A stretch of 64,000 nt of DNA, from positions 64,001-128,000 of the forward strand of contig CAWKKR010000004.1 of the NCBI GenBank assembly GCA_963850305.1. The letters are read 5' to 3'. The position numbers were made by a program, and so were the translations under genes. The notes under the pieces are model-generated. The model was given only the letters and a program-made list of their open reading frames with translations, searched no databases and was not told the DNA's origin. The DNA comes from an uncultured delta proteobacterium (GTDB lineage Bacteria; Myxococcota_A; Polyangia; Polyangiales; Polyangiaceae). Positions 9,135-21,319 of this stretch are shown here, piece by piece. Every line of letters begins with the position of its first letter. Within the stretch, counting starts at the first letter, position 1.

Positions 9135-12100
9135 ATGGAGATCATCCGCGGGTCCCTCGCTCTCTCGCCTTCCGGACTCGCGAAGCGGCTCGTGGCGATC
9201 CGCGAAAGGAACCCCGGCGTCACGGAGCTCTTCGCGGAGTACGCGCATTTCGTGGACTCGTCCAGGGCGCTGTCCGCACCGGCGCGCGCGACGCTGGAGC
9301 GCTTGCTCGATTATGGCCGGAGGCCGGCCCGTGAAGCGCGCCCCGAGCGGACGCTCGTCGTCGTTCCGCGTCTCGGCACGATTTCCCCGTGGGCGTCGAA
9401 GGCCACCGACATCGCTCGTTCATGCGGGCTCACGGAGATCGCCCGTATCGAGCGCGGCGTCGTCTACGGCATCTCGGGCAGCGTCGCGGACGAGCGCGCG
9501 CTCCGCCTCGCGCTTCACGACCGGATGACGGAGTCGGTCCTCGACGAACTCGATGCCGCGTCAGCCCTCTTCGCCCGCGAGGAGCCACGACCGCTCCGTT
9601 CCATCGCCTTGCTCCGCGAGGGGCGTCAGGCAATCGAGCACGCGAACGCGGCGCTCGGCCTCGCGCTCGCTCCGGACGAGATCGACTATCTCGATGCCGC
9701 ATTCCGCAGTCTCGGCCGGAACCCGACCGACGTCGAGCTGATGATGTTCGCGCAGGCCAACAGCGAACACTGCCGCCACAAGATCTTCAACGCGACGTAC
9801 GAGCTCGACGGCGTGCGAGCGCCGTCGTCGCTGTTCCAGATGATCCGCAAGAGTACGGCGGCGAGCCCTCACGGCGTGCTCTCGGCTTACAGCGACAACG
9901 CGGCCGTCGCCGAGGGCCCCGTCGCGCGGCGGTTCTTTCCCGATCCGGAAAGCCACGTCTACGGCGCGCGCGAAGAGCCGGTGCACCTGCTGATGAAGGT
10001 GGAGACGCACAACCACCCGACCGCGATTTCTCCGCACGCGGGCGCGTCCACGGGCGCGGGCGGTGAAATCAGGGACGAAGGCGCGACGGGTCGCGGCGGC
10101 AAGCCGAAGGCAGGCCTCACTGGGTTCAGCGTGTCCGACCTTCGAATACCGGGAAGCGCGCGGCCATGGGAACGGCCCGACGCTGCGAAGCCCGCTCGCC
10201 TCTCGTCAGCGCTCGAGATCATGCTCGACGGTCCGCTCGGAGGCGCGGCGTTCAACAACGAATTCGGACGTCCCAACCTCGCCGGATACTTTCGAACCCT
10301 CGAGCTCGTCGCGAACGGCCCCGCGGGGCTCGAAGTCCGCGGCTATCACAAGCCCATCATGATCGCCGGTGGCTACGGCAACATCCGCGCCGACCACGTC
10401 CAGAAGCACGGATTCCCGCCGGGCGCGCCGATCGTCGTGCTCGGCGGACCGGCGATGCTCATCGGGCTCGGCGGCGGGGCCGCCTCGTCGGTCGCCGCGG
10501 GCGCGTCCGAGGAGGACCTGGATTTCGCATCCGTGCAGCGCGACAACGCGGAAATGCAGCGTCGATGTCAGGAAGTCATCGACGCGTGCTGGGCGCTCGG
10601 TGAGCACAATCCGATCGCGTCGATCCACGACGTGGGCGCAGGCGGGCTCTCGAACGCCCTGCCCGAGCTCGTCAACGACGCCGGACGCGGCGCGCGGTTC
10701 GAGCTACGCGCGGTGCCGAGCGACGAACCCGGCATGTCGCCGCTGGAGCTCTGGTGCAACGAATCGCAGGAACGCTACGTGCTCGCCCTCGATCCAGAAG
10801 GCGTCGAACGGTTCAGCGCCTTCTGCGCGCGCGAGCGCTGCCCGTACGCCATCGTCGGGAGCGCGACGGCCGACGGCCAGCTCGTGGTTCACGACGCGCG
10901 CTTCCGCGATCGGCCGATCGACATGCCGCTCTCGGTGCTCCTCGGGAAGCCGCCGCGGATGCACCGCCGCGCCGAGCGGGGCGCCTTCACGCCGAAGCCC
11001 TTCGACACGAAACACGTCGAGCTCCGGGACGCCATCTTTCGCCTGCTCCACTTGCCCGCGATCGCCGACAAGACGTTCCTGGTAACCATCGGCGATCGAA
11101 GTGTCACCGGGCTCGTCGTGCGCGATCAAATGGTCGGGCCGTGGCAGGTTCCGGTCGCCGACGCGGCCGTCACGGCCACCACTTACGAGGGGTTCACCGG
11201 AGAGGCCATGGCCATCGGCGAACGCCCCGCCCTCGCACTCCTCGACGCGGCGGCGTCGGCGCGAATGGCCGTCGCGGAGGCGATCACGAACCTAGCCTCC
11301 GCGCCGATACGCGCGCTCCCGGACGTGAAGCTTTCGGCAAACTGGATGGCCGCAGCCGGCCACCCCGGAGAAGATGCGCGTCTCTACGACGCCGTGCGCG
11401 CCGTCGGCGAAGAGCTCTGTCCCGCGCTCGGCATCGCGATCCCCGTCGGCAAGGACTCGATGTCGATGCGCACGGTATGGGAAGAAAACGGCGAGCGCCA
11501 CAGCGTCACTGCGCCTCTGTCGGTCATCGTGACCGCGTTCGCCACCGTCCCGGACGTCCGCCAATCGCTGACCCCCGAGCTTCGACGGGACGCGGGCGAA
11601 ACCGTGCTTCTCCTGGTCGACCTCGGACGCGGAAAGAACCGACTCGGTGGCTCGTCCCTGGCGCAGGTCTTCGGCGAGGTCGGCACCGACCCGCCGGATC
11701 TCGACGATCCGGAGCTCCTGAAGGGGTTTGTTGGTGCAGCTCAGGAACTCCGCGAACACGCGCGCGTCCTTTCGTACCACGACCGCTCCGACGGCGGACT
11801 CTTCGTGACCCTGCTCGAGATGGCCTTTGCGGGAGGAACCGGCGTCGTGATGGATCTGTCCGCGCTCGATGGGGACACGTTTGCCGCGCTGTTCGCCGAA
11901 GAACTCGGCGCGGTGATTCAGGTTCGCGCCTCGGACGAGGACGGCGTGCGCGCCACGTTCGCAAAGTGGAACCTTGGCGAGTACGTGCACCGCGTCGGAG
12001 CGCCGGCCGCGGACGACCGCATCACGGTGCGCCGAGACGGTCGCGTCTCGTTCGAGGAGTCGCGCGTCACGCTACGCGCCGCCTGGTCCGACACGACGTA

Positions 12101-13019
12101 CCGCATGCAGACCCTGCGAGACCATCCGGCCTCTGCGGAAGAAGAGCACGCGCTTCGCCAGGACACGTCGGATCCGGGACTTTCTGCCGTCGCGTCCTTC
12201 GACCCCGATGACGACATCGCCGCGCCCTTCATCCTTCGCGGCACGCGTCCCCGGGTAGCCATCTTGCGCGAGCAAGGCGTGAACGGACACGTCGAGATGG
12301 CCGCCGCGTTCGACCGCGCCGGGTTCGAGTCGGTGGACGTTCACATGAGCGACCTCGCGGACGGTCGCACGTCGCTCTCCGGCTTTCGCGGCCTCGCGGC
12401 GTGCGGCGGCTTCTCCTATGGCGACGTGCTCGGCGCCGGCGAGGGCTGGGCGAAGTCGATTCTCTTCAACACCCGAACTCGCGACGAGTTCGAGCGGTTC
12501 TTCGCGCGGAGCGACACGTTCAGTCTCGGCGTGTGCAACGGCTGTCAGATGCTCTCGAACCTGAAAGAGCTCATCCCCGGTTCCGACCACTGGCCGAGGT
12601 TCGTCCGGAATCGCTCGGAGCGGTTCGAGGCGCGGCTCTGCCTCGTCGGGATCGAAGAGTCGCCGTCCGTCTTGTTCCGCGGCATGGCCGGCAGCCGCCT
12701 CCCCATCGTCGTCGCGCACGGAGAGGGCTACGCCGACTTCGCGAGCGACACGGATCGCGTCGCGCTCGAGCGCTCGGGCCGCGTCGTCGCACGCTTCGTC
12801 GACCATCTCGGCGCGCCCACGACACACTACCCCGAAAACCCGAACGGTTCACCCGCCGGCGTCACGGCCCTCACGACCTCCGATGGCCGCACGACGCTCC
12901 TCATGCCTCACCCCGAGCGCGTGCTCCGCGCCATCCAATACTCCTGGCGACCACCCGAGTGGACGGGCGACGGCCCGTTTCTCAGATTGTTCCGCAATGC
13001 GCGCGTCTGGGTCGGGTGA
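9135..13019 (+). CDS. purL: Phosphoribosylformylglycinamidine synthase, large single-chain form
   Basis: [49 protein letters not shown]. Confidence 0.98.
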   Translation: MEIIRGSLALSPSGLAKRLVAIRERNPGVTELFAEYAHFVDSSRALSAPARATLERLLDYGRRPAREARPERTLVVVPRLGTISPWASKATDIARSCGLTEIARIERGVVYGISGSVADERALRLALHDRMTESVLDELDAASALFAREEPRPLRSIALLREGRQAIEHANAALGLALAPDEIDYLDAAFRSLGRNPTDVELMMFAQANSEHCRHKIFNATYELDGVRAPSSLFQMIRKSTAASPHGVLSAYSDNAAVAEGPVARRFFPDPESHVYGAREEPVHLLMKVETHNHPTAISPHAGASTGAGGEIRDEGATGRGGKPKAGLTGFSVSDLRIPGSARPWERPDAAKPARLSSALEIMLDGPLGGAAFNNEFGRPNLAGYFRTLELVANGPAGLEVRGYHKPIMIAGGYGNIRADHVQKHGFPPGAPIVVLGGPAMLIGLGGGAASSVAAGASEEDLDFASVQRDNAEMQRRCQEVIDACWALGEHNPIASIHDVGAGGLSNALPELVNDAGRGARFELRAVPSDEPGMSPLELWCNESQERYVLALDPEGVERFSAFCARERCPYAIVGSATADGQLVVHDARFRDRPIDMPLSVLLGKPPRMHRRAERGAFTPKPFDTKHVELRDAIFRLLHLPAIADKTFLVTIGDRSVTGLVVRDQMVGPWQVPVADAAVTATTYEGFTGEAMAIGERPALALLDAAASARMAVAEAITNLASAPIRALPDVKLSANWMAAAGHPGEDARLYDAVRAVGEELCPALGIAIPVGKDSMSMRTVWEENGERHSVTAPLSVIVTAFATVPDVRQSLTPELRRDAGETVLLLVDLGRGKNRLGGSSLAQVFGEVGTDPPDLDDPELLKGFVGAAQELREHARVLSYHDRSDGGLFVTLLEMAFAGGTGVVMDLSALDGDTFAALFAEELGAVIQVRASDEDGVRATFAKWNLGEYVHRVGAPAADDRITVRRDGRVSFEESRVTLRAAWSDTTYRMQTLRDHPASAEEEHALRQDTSDPGLSAVASFDPDDDIAAPFILRGTRPRVAILREQGVNGHVEMAAAFDRAGFESVDVHMSDLADGRTSLSGFRGLAACGGFSYGDVLGAGEGWAKSILFNTRTRDEFERFFARSDTFSLGVCNGCQMLSNLKELIPGSDHWPRFVRNRSERFEARLCLVGIEESPSVLFRGMAGSRLPIVVAHGEGYADFASDTDRVALERSGRVVARFVDHLGAPTTHYPENPNGSPAGVTALTTSDGRTTLLMPHPERVLRAIQYSWRPPEWTGDGPFLRLFRNARVWVG

Positions 13020-13041
13020 AGGAAGACGTCACGACCCGAAC

Positions 13042-13314
13042 GTAACGCTCGCGCTGCTTCTCACGGAAGCGATCGAACCGACGACGCACCGCGGAGTCCT
13101 GTCGCAGCTCAGCCTCGAGTTCATCAAGCCCGGGAAGGTTCCCGCGGAGCTCGGCGCGACGTTTCGCCGGCTCCAACGGTTCCGCGAAGCGGCGGACTAC
13201 ACCCGGACGTTCACCGTGCCGGAAGGAGACGCACGACGCGAAGCCGCAACGGCGAAGGACTACATCGCGACGGTGCAATCGCTTCTCGACGGGTGGCGGG
13301 CGGCGCAGCAGTAA
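13042..13314 (+). pseudogene. N-terminally truncated HEPN-domain (UPF0332-like) protein
   Basis: ALLLTE.IEPTTHRGVLSQL...FIKPGKVP.ELG..F.RL..FRE.ADY. The N-terminal helix and 'SRAYY' segment are absent and there is no start codon. Confidence 0.7.
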
Positions 13315-13348
13315 CCACGGCGCCTCGCGCGTGAACGCGCAGGCGTGG
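13315..13348 (+). terminator. GC-rich hairpin after the purL/HEPN remnant
   Basis: CCACGGCGCCTCGCGCG-TGAA-CGCGCAGGCGTGG imperfect stem; no U tract. Confidence 0.35.
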
Positions 13349-13611
13349 GGTGTCGACTTCAACCTGTCATCCGAGCGGATCCAGTCCTTGCAAGCGCCCG
13401 TCGGGGCCAGCACCGTTCGGCACGAGCACTGGCCTCGATCATCACTCGATGTCCCTTGGCCTCCCGGCCCGAGCCGCGCCGGCCCGGTGGTTCACGCGAG
13501 AACCCTCTGCGCGTCACGTGTCGGCGCGGTGAGGTCGCGCGAACCGCGAGCGATCGGCCGGCTTTCCGGTTGGGTCTGGGTCAGGGTAGCGGCGGCACGA
13601 GGCGCTCGCCA

Positions 13612-16292
13612 ATGAACGAAACGGTCGTGATCGTCGATGACAGCGTGACGGTTCGAATGGACCTCACTGGGCCTTCGAGTCCGCCGGCTTCCGAGCAGTG
13701 CCGTGCGCAACCGGTCGAGCCGCTAGAGAGGCCTTGGCGCGCGGGAACGTGAGTCAATTGATTCTCGACATGGTTTTACCAGACATCGACGGCGTCGATC
13801 TTCTGAAAGAGGTTCGCTCCAATCCCGCAACGATGGGCATGCCGATCGTGGTGCTCTCGACCGAGGCGGAGGTGAGAGACCGGATCCGCGGTCTCGAGAC
13901 CGGTGCGGATGACTACGTGGGCAAACCCTACGACACCGGCTACGTCGTGGCGCGCACCCGAGAGCTCGTCCGGCGTCGCGCCGAGCCGGCGGCCGAGCCG
14001 GCGGTCGTTCTCGTGATCGACGACAGCCCGACGTTCCGCGAGGTTCTCCGCGGCGCCGTCGAGCGAGCCGGATACCGCGTCATCATGGCCTCGACAGGGG
14101 AAGAAGGGCTACGTATAGCCGCCACGCAGAAGCCCGCTGCAGTCATCGTCGACAGCGGAATGCCCGGGATCGACGGCGCCACGGTGATCCGGAAGATACG
14201 CCTGGATGCCGCGTTGCGGGGCACGCCGTGCTTGCTCCTGACGGCCACCGAGGGTGACGGCGCCGAGCTGCGTGCGCTCGACGCGGGAGCCGACGCGTTC
14301 GTGCGCAAAGAGGGGGACGTCGAGATCGTCCTGGCCCGCCTCGCGGCGGTGCTGCGGAGGGCCCAGCCGGATCCGACGAACGTTCCGAGTCTCGGAGGGC
14401 CAAAACGCATCCTCGTGGTCGATGACAGGAGCACTTATCGCGAAGCGATGGCGTCCTTGCTGCGAGGCGATGGGTGTGACGTCGTGCTCGCTCGGTCCGC
14501 CGAGGAGGGACTCGAAATGCTCGCGGCCCAAACGGTCGATTGCGTCCTGCTCGACGTCATCATGCCCGGTCTCGGCGGAAAAGAAGCCTGCCGACGCATC
14601 AAGGCCACGCCCGGTCTGCGCAACATCCCGGTCATAATGGTCACGTCGCTCGAGGATCGAGCGGCGGCCATAGACGGCCTTGCGATGGGCGCCGACGACT
14701 TCATCTTCAAGACGAACGACGACAACGTGATCAAAGCTCACGTCGGGGCGCAGCTGCGGCGGAAGCAGTTCGAGGACGAGAATCGACGCATTCGAGAGGA
14801 GCTTCTGCGGAGCGAACTCCAGGTGTCCGCGGAGCGCGCGGCCCGAATGCTCGCCGAGGCGAGTGGTCACTTGACGGAAGAGCTGGAGCGCAAGAACCAG
14901 GAGCTCGAGGCCTCCACCCGCGCCGCCGAGCTGACCGCCGCGCGCCTCGAGAGCGCCGTCGAAAGCATCCAGGACGCGATTGCGCTCTTCGATGCCCGTG
15001 ACCGTCTGGTCCTTTGCAACGGCGTGTATCGCCGCCTCATCGGGGACGCCGTGCGCGGCTCGATCGTCGGGATGCAGTATGAGAGCTTGCTCGACGCGTG
15101 GATTGGCGGGATCGCCTTCCAGAGCGAGGACGAGCGAACGCGCTACCGCGCGGAGCGCCTGGCCTTTTGGCATCGTGACGAGACGTCGGCTTTCGACCTG
15201 CGCATGCGCGACGGGCGTAGCCTGCGCGTGGTCGATCGACGGACCGCGGAGGGCGGCGTCGTCACGACAATCTGGGATCTCACCGACGACGTGCGGCTCG
15301 CCGAGGAGCTGCGGCGGGCGCGTGAGATGGCCGAAGCGGCGAGTAACGCCAAGAGCGAATTCCTCTCCGCGATGAGCCACGAGCTTCGAACACCGCTCAA
15401 CGCGACCCTCGGATTTGCCCAGCTCCTCCGCGCGGACAAGAAAGAACCCGCCTCGAACCGACAGAAGGAGGAACGCCTCGACCATATCTTGAAAGGCGGA
15501 AAGCACCTGTTGCGCCTGATCGATGACATCCTCGATCTGGCGCGCATCGAGGCGCGAGGCGTGTCCATCTCGAGCGAACCGGTGAGCCTGGACGATGTCC
15601 TCGGCGAGGTGAGAGCGACGCTCGAACCCATGGCCGAGGCACACGGGATTCGAGTCGAGAAGGACCTACTGCCCATCGGAGTCCATAGCGTCCAGGTGGA
15701 CCGGACGAGGTTCATCCAGATCCTGATGAATCTCGGCTCGAACGCAATCAAGTACAACCGTCCCGAAGGGCTCGTGACGTTCGCCGTATCGATGCTGACG
15801 CGAAAACTCGTCCGCGTTGCCGTGCGCGATACCGGCATGGGGATCCCTCTCGAGAGGCAGAGCGACCTTTTCAAGCCCTTTCATCGCGCAAGGCAGGAAA
15901 TGGGTCCGATCGAGGGAACCGGCATAGGACTCGTCATCACGAAGCAACTGGCGCGGTTGATGGACGGTGACGTCGGCTTCCAAAGCATTTCCGGGCAGGG
16001 TTCGGAGTTCTGGGGACGGCAGAGCTGGGGATCCAGCTCGCGGTCGAGCGAAAGCCGCACGTGATCATCATGGATCTCGAATCTGCCGGGCATGAGCGGC
16101 CTCGATGCGGCACGGACGCTCCGAGGTCTCGCGGAAACGAAGGACACGCCGGTCATCGCGTTGACCGCGGCTGCATTCTCGAATGACCGAACGCAAGGTC
16201 TCGCGGCTGGCTTCTACCGCTACCTCACGAAACCCGTGAACGTGGACGAACTCGTGAGCACCCTCGAAACGGCACTCGCGGCACGGCCTTGA
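13612..16292 (+). pseudogene. Hybrid sensor kinase REC-REC-REC-PAS-HisKA-HATPase-REC, disrupted
   Basis: Starts MNETVVIVDDS at 13612, frameshifts near 13670, then three REC domains, PAS, SHELRTPL, N box and GTGIGL. After GSEFW (~16013) it jumps out of frame to TAELGIQLA..PHVIIMDL; another frameshift at ~16080 precedes the last REC half. Confidence 0.8.
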
Positions 16293-16329
16293 CGGCTTCG
16301 AGCCCACGCTGGAGATGCGTCGGCCCGGT

Positions 16330-19134
16330 CTATCCGCTGTTGCGCAGCCCGGCGGCAATTCCGTTGATCGACAGGTGGATCCCGCGCTTGACGCGCTCGT
16401 TCGTACTTCCGGAGCGATGACGCCCGAGGAGCTCTACTTGCAGGTGATTCAGAGGGTCGAGGTACGGCATCCGGCTCAGGATCGAGCGTCGTAGGACCGG
16501 CGTGCCGCCGAGAATCTCCTTCTGTTCCGTGATGGCGAGAACGGCCCTGCGCGCGAGCTCCCATTCCCCCTCGATGCGCTCGAAGATCGCGTTTCCGAAC
16601 GCGGAGTCGACCACCAGGTCCGCGTACCGCGATGCGATCGCCATGTCACTCTTGGCAAGCACCATCTCTAGGTTGGAGACGACGGTGCGAAAGAACGGCC
16701 AGAAGGCGTACATGCGACGCAGCTCGGCGAGGGCCGATCGTCTTTCGAGCTCGACCGCGACCGCAGAGCCGAAGCCGTACCAGCCGGGGAGCAACACGCG
16801 ACTCTGCGCCCAGCTGAACACCCATGGAATCGCACGAAGGTCCTCGATGCGACCCGACGCCTTCCGAGACGCGGGCCGGCTCCCGATGTTGAGCTCGGCA
16901 ATCTCGAGCAGCGGCGTCGCAGTGCGAAAGTATTCGGCGAAGCGCGGCGTCTCGTAAACCAGCGACCGATACGCGGTGTACGCGCGCTCGGACAGGCCCT
17001 CCATCACGGCACGAAAGGCTTCGGAATCGGTGCGATGTTCCACGTCGAGAAGGCTCGCCTCGACCGTCGCGGCGACGATCGTCTCGAGGTTGCGGCGCCC
17101 GATTTCCCGATCCGAATATTTGCTCGCGATGATCTCGCCTTGTTCGGTGATCCGGATCTGACCTGCCACCGCCCCCGGTGGCTGCGCGAGGATGGCCTCG
17201 TACGTGGGGCCGCCGCCTCGTCCGATCGAACCCCCGCGTCCATGGAAGAGACGAAGCGTGAGGCCCGCTCGACGGCAGAGGTCGGTGAGTCGAACTTCCG
17301 CCTGATAGAGCTCCCAGCTCGAAGTGAGAAAGCCCCCGTCCTTGTTGCTGTCCGAATAGCCCAGCATGACCTCGACGGTGCCCCCCCAGCTCGACTCCGC
17401 CATCGACCGGACGCCGGGCAACGAGAGGAAGCATTCCATCACGGCCTCGCAACCGCGAAGATCGGCGATCGTCTCGAAGAGTGGAACGACGCGCATCGCG
17501 ATTGCCGGTTCGGCGCCGGGACGCATGAGCCCCGTTTCGCGCAGGAGAAGCATCACTTCGAGGAGATCGGACGCGGACGTCGTCTTCGATACGACGTAGT
17601 TGGGAAGGGCCGTCGCGCCATGGCTCGACTGGAGTTCGCGCGCCGCGCGCATGATGGCAAGCTCGCCTTCGGTCTCATCCGTGTACCGCACGAAGGGTGA
17701 CACCAGCGGCCGCGACGTCGATAGTTCGGTGGAGAGGATTGTCTGGCGCTCTCGTTCGGTTCTCTCGAGGTAGTTGGGGTCGACGGAAGCTTGCGCCAGG
17801 AGCTCCGTGACCACGCGCTCGTGGACGTCGGAGTTCTGACGCAGGTCGAGCGACGCGAGATGGAATCGAAATGTTCGCGCCGCGTGAAGAAGACGTTCGA
17901 GACGTCCCGAGGCGAGAACCGCCCCGTGATTCTCGACGAGAGACGCGCTGACGATCTCGAGCTCCGTCACGAACTCGGCAGCGCTCGCGTACGGCGGTGC
18001 GCTCGCGGCCGGGTGTCGGAGCGCGCGCTGCTCGTTGAGCTTGTCTGCCGTCGCCGCGAGTCGCGCATAAATGCCGACGAGCACGCGACGGTACGGCTCG
18101 TCCGCGCGGTGCTCCGAGTGATCCGGCGACGCGTCCGCGAGCGCGATGAGACGCGCCGACGCTTTGACCATTCGGAACGAGAGCGGCAACTCTGCGCCGA
18201 GCGCGTGCACCTCGTCGAAGTAGTGTTCGAACGCGACGCGCGACTGTGCGCGAACCGCATAGAGGAGCACGTCGCGCGTCACGAACGGGTTGCCGTCGCG
18301 GTCCCCCCCGATCCAGCTGCCTATGCGCAAGAACGGGGGCAGTTGCCACGGTTCCGGCCCCGGAAAGGCGCTCTCGAGGCGCTCCTCGAGCTTCGAGTAG
18401 ATCAGCGGCAGCACGGCGAGAAATGTGTGCCTGTAGTATGCGAGCGCGTTCTCGACTTCGTCGTAGACGGTGAGCTTCGAGGGCCGGAGCATGCGGGTCT
18501 GCCAGAGCGTTTCGATCTCGCGCTCGAGCGAGCGGGCGTTCTCCGCGCGCTCGTCCTCGAGGAGGCCGGCAGCGTCGCGCTCCGTCAAGAGCCGGGCGAT
18601 CGCTGCCTGGCGATCCAGGATGCTCTTTCTTTGCACCTCGGTCGGATGCGCCGTGAGAACGGGGCTGATGGACGCGTGTTCGAGGACGCGACGGAGCTCC
18701 GCTCCCGTTATTCGCGCGGCCTTGAGGACGTCGAAGGCTCGCTCGATCGAACCCTCTCCGGGACCGTCACCACCGAGGCACGCCTCACGATGGATCCGGT
18801 TGCGATGTCGGTCCTCGGCGATGTTCGAGAGATGCGAGAAATACGTGAAGGCGCGCACCACGGAGATCGCCGCTTCGATCTCGAGGCCGTCGAGCTTCCG
18901 GGCGAGCGCCGCTCTCACCTTCGGATCTCCGTGGCGACGAAATTCGATCGCAGTCCTGCGGATGTCTTCGACGGTGTCGAATAGCTCGTCGCCCTCGTGT
19001 CCGCGGAGCGTATCGCCGAGCAGCCGACCGAGAAGTCGAATGTCCTCGCGCAGGGCCGGGGCGAGACGATCCTCGCCGTTCAGGCGCGCAGGGACGCGAT
19101 CGGGGCGTCGGCGCGCGCTGGTCTTCGCGGGCAC
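16330..19134 (-). CDS. ppc: Phosphoenolpyruvate carboxylase
   Basis: VLTAHPTE, SWIGGDRDGNP, VMLGYSDSNKDGG, FHGRGGSIGRGG, LRAIPWVFSW, C-terminal GLRNSG. Confidence 0.98.
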   Translation of the reverse strand: MPAKTSARRRPDRVPARLNGEDRLAPALREDIRLLGRLLGDTLRGHEGDELFDTVEDIRRTAIEFRRHGDPKVRAALARKLDGLEIEAAISVVRAFTYFSHLSNIAEDRHRNRIHREACLGGDGPGEGSIERAFDVLKAARITGAELRRVLEHASISPVLTAHPTEVQRKSILDRQAAIARLLTERDAAGLLEDERAENARSLEREIETLWQTRMLRPSKLTVYDEVENALAYYRHTFLAVLPLIYSKLEERLESAFPGPEPWQLPPFLRIGSWIGGDRDGNPFVTRDVLLYAVRAQSRVAFEHYFDEVHALGAELPLSFRMVKASARLIALADASPDHSEHRADEPYRRVLVGIYARLAATADKLNEQRALRHPAASAPPYASAAEFVTELEIVSASLVENHGAVLASGRLERLLHAARTFRFHLASLDLRQNSDVHERVVTELLAQASVDPNYLERTERERQTILSTELSTSRPLVSPFVRYTDETEGELAIMRAARELQSSHGATALPNYVVSKTTSASDLLEVMLLLRETGLMRPGAEPAIAMRVVPLFETIADLRGCEAVMECFLSLPGVRSMAESSWGGTVEVMLGYSDSNKDGGFLTSSWELYQAEVRLTDLCRRAGLTLRLFHGRGGSIGRGGGPTYEAILAQPPGAVAGQIRITEQGEIIASKYSDREIGRRNLETIVAATVEASLLDVEHRTDSEAFRAVMEGLSERAYTAYRSLVYETPRFAEYFRTATPLLEIAELNIGSRPASRKASGRIEDLRAIPWVFSWAQSRVLLPGWYGFGSAVAVELERRSALAELRRMYAFWPFFRTVVSNLEMVLAKSDMAIASRYADLVVDSAFGNAIFERIEGEWELARRAVLAITEQKEILGGTPVLRRSILSRMPYLDPLNHLQVELLGRHRSGSTNERVKRGIHLSINGIAAGLRNSG

Positions 19135-19146
19135 CGGTTCAACTCC

Positions 19147-20499
19147 TCAGTTTCGCCACGCGAGAGGTTGCCTCGTGGATTCGATGACCGCCATGAAGAG
19201 ATCGCCGCCGGTATCGACCTGCTTGCGAAAGCGCGTCGCCAGGGCGAGGGGGACATGCACGAACCGTCCGTGCCAGCGCCCGATGAGCACCTCCGTGTTG
19301 CCCGCCATCGCGGCGTGCACGGCATGCCGCGCGAGGTTCGAGCAATAGAGGCCGTCGGTCGGCGAGGCGGGACCGCTGCGGATGTGGTAGCTCGGGTCGA
19401 TGTATTTCAACGTCACGTCGATCCGACGCGACGCGAAATGCTCGAGGAGTCGCTCCTTGAGAACGATGCCCACGTCGTGAAGGCGGGCGTTGCCGCTGGG
19501 GTCGGTACGACCGGTCCGAGAGCCCGTGAAGAGTTCCTGACCGGCGCCCTCGGCCACGACGATGAGAGCGTGGGAACGCTCCCGGAGCCGCGTCTCGACG
19601 AACGCGAGGAGCCCGCCCTCGCCCTCGAGCGTCAGCGGTACTTCCGGAACGAGTACGACGTCGACGTCTGAAGAGGCGATCGCGGCGTGGCACGCGATGA
19701 ACCCCGAGTGGCGACCCATCAACTTCACCACGCCGATGCCGTTCTTCGCGCCAGTCGCCTCGACGTGCGCGCTCCGGATCACGTCCACGGCGGAAGAAAA
19801 CGCCGTCTCGAATCCGAAGCTACGGTCGATGAAATGGATGTCGTTGTCGATCGTCTTCGGTATGCCGACGACCCCGATGGAGAGGCCGCGGCGCTCGATC
19901 TCGCCGACCAGCGTCATTGCGCCCCGCAGCGAGCCGTCGCCACCGATCACGAACAGGACGCCCACGCCGAGCTCTTCGAGGCGATTCACCATTTCGCCCG
20001 GGTCCTGGAGGCCGCGCGACGTACCGAGCGCGGTGCCGCCGTCGCGGTGAATGGTCCCAACGAACGCGGGGGTGAGCCTCACGGGGTCATGGCCGCTCTT
20101 GCCCACGAGACCGCTGTAGCCATAGCGAAACCCGATGATGTCCTGGACGCCGTAGCCGTGGGCAAGCTCGAGGACCAGCCCGCGGATGACGTTGTTGATT
20201 CCGGGGCAGAGGCCACCGCATGTGACGATGGCCGAACGCAGTCGTCCCGTGTCGAAAAAGATGCGGTCGCGCGGCCCTGCAAGCTCGAACGCGGGGACTG
20301 GACCGACGCCGCGCTGGGCGATCTTCGATAGTCGGTCGTCGAGAAGGACCCGGTCCGCCTTGCCGACATAATGGAGCGCGCCGCGGGATAGGCGGCTCGC
20401 GAGCGGAGAGGGGTAACGACACTCGCCGAGGATCTTGATATCCAGATCGGGGGCTACGACGCGGTCGGCCCTGTCTGGAACGGTGAGCGAAGCGGACAT
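19147..20499 (-). CDS. pfkA: ATP-dependent 6-phosphofructokinase (long, group X-type)
   Basis: VTCGGLCPG.N, GGT.LGTSRG, IGGDGS, PKTIDND, LMGR.SG, KYIDPSY; AGGAGG just upstream. Confidence 0.9.
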   Translation of the reverse strand: MSASLTVPDRADRVVAPDLDIKILGECRYPSPLASRLSRGALHYVGKADRVLLDDRLSKIAQRGVGPVPAFELAGPRDRIFFDTGRLRSAIVTCGGLCPGINNVIRGLVLELAHGYGVQDIIGFRYGYSGLVGKSGHDPVRLTPAFVGTIHRDGGTALGTSRGLQDPGEMVNRLEELGVGVLFVIGGDGSLRGAMTLVGEIERRGLSIGVVGIPKTIDNDIHFIDRSFGFETAFSSAVDVIRSAHVEATGAKNGIGVVKLMGRHSGFIACHAAIASSDVDVVLVPEVPLTLEGEGGLLAFVETRLRERSHALIVVAEGAGQELFTGSRTGRTDPSGNARLHDVGIVLKERLLEHFASRRIDVTLKYIDPSYHIRSGPASPTDGLYCSNLARHAVHAAMAGNTEVLIGRWHGRFVHVPLALATRFRKQVDTGGDLFMAVIESTRQPLAWRN

Positions 20500-20596
20500 C
20501 CTCCTTCCCTGTTCTAGGGTCACACTGGTTTCATGTCGCTTTCGGCAATGCTAAGGGAGCAGCAACTGCCGAGCCTTGCCAGGCCTGTGGGATAGC

Positions 20597-21319
20597 TCAT
20601 CCGTCGGCGGCCGCGGCGAGGAGCGCCGGCGGGGACGTCGCGTGGTCGACACGGTCCATCCACTCGGCGACCCTCGGCCGCACGTGCACGAGCGACCAGC
20701 CTTCGACGGTCGCGCGGATGCAGAAGAACTGCGCGAAGACGGCGATATCCGCGAGGCTGAGCGCCGTCCCGACGAGAAACCGACGATCGCCGAGCATGTC
20801 GGCCACACTCGCGACGTGACGCTCGAGGTCCGCTCGAAACGTCGCCGGCGACTTTCGACCCGTGCCTTGCGCTCGCGTGAGCGCCCGGATCTCACGGGGG
20901 ACGACGACGCGCGCCATCCTTCGAAGTGCGGGGCCCTCGTACTTCGTGAGCTCGGGCACCCATTTCTGCGCGTTGTGGCGCATCGCGAAACGCAAGTGCG
21001 CCTCGTAGAAATAGAGGCTTTCGTCGGCCCAGTCCTCGAGGACGTGGACGAGCGCGCGCTCGGCGGGTTGCGACGGCACGAGCGCCGGCTCGGGAAAGCA
21101 CTCTTCCAGGTAGTAAGCGATGTCGGTGGAGTCGAAAACGACGCGACCGTCGTGGTCGATCACCGGAACCTTGCGGGCGGGGTTGATCTTGCGGAGCCTG
21201 CCGGCCGCGCGCGAGACGAGGTCGATCTCGCGAACCTCGAACGGTTGCCGCTTCACGTGGAGGATGCGACGGACCTTGTCGCAGAACGGCGAAATTTCCT
21301 GCTGATAGAGCGTGATCAT
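20597..21319 (-). CDS. Glutathione S-transferase family protein
   Basis: SPFCDKVRR, INP..KVPV, DSTDI..YL, E.WADE, LSLADIAVF. Confidence 0.9.
   Translation of the reverse strand: MITLYQQEISPFCDKVRRILHVKRQPFEVREIDLVSRAAGRLRKINPARKVPVIDHDGRVVFDSTDIAYYLEECFPEPALVPSQPAERALVHVLEDWADESLYFYEAHLRFAMRHNAQKWVPELTKYEGPALRRMARVVVPREIRALTRAQGTGRKSPATFRADLERHVASVADMLGDRRFLVGTALSLADIAVFAQFFCIRATVEGWSLVHVRPRVAEWMDRVDHATSPPALLAAAADG

Noticed and set aside
13480..13612. Possible CheB 3' remnant before the hybrid kinase
   Set aside because: The position is suggestive, but no convincing motif appears in any frame.
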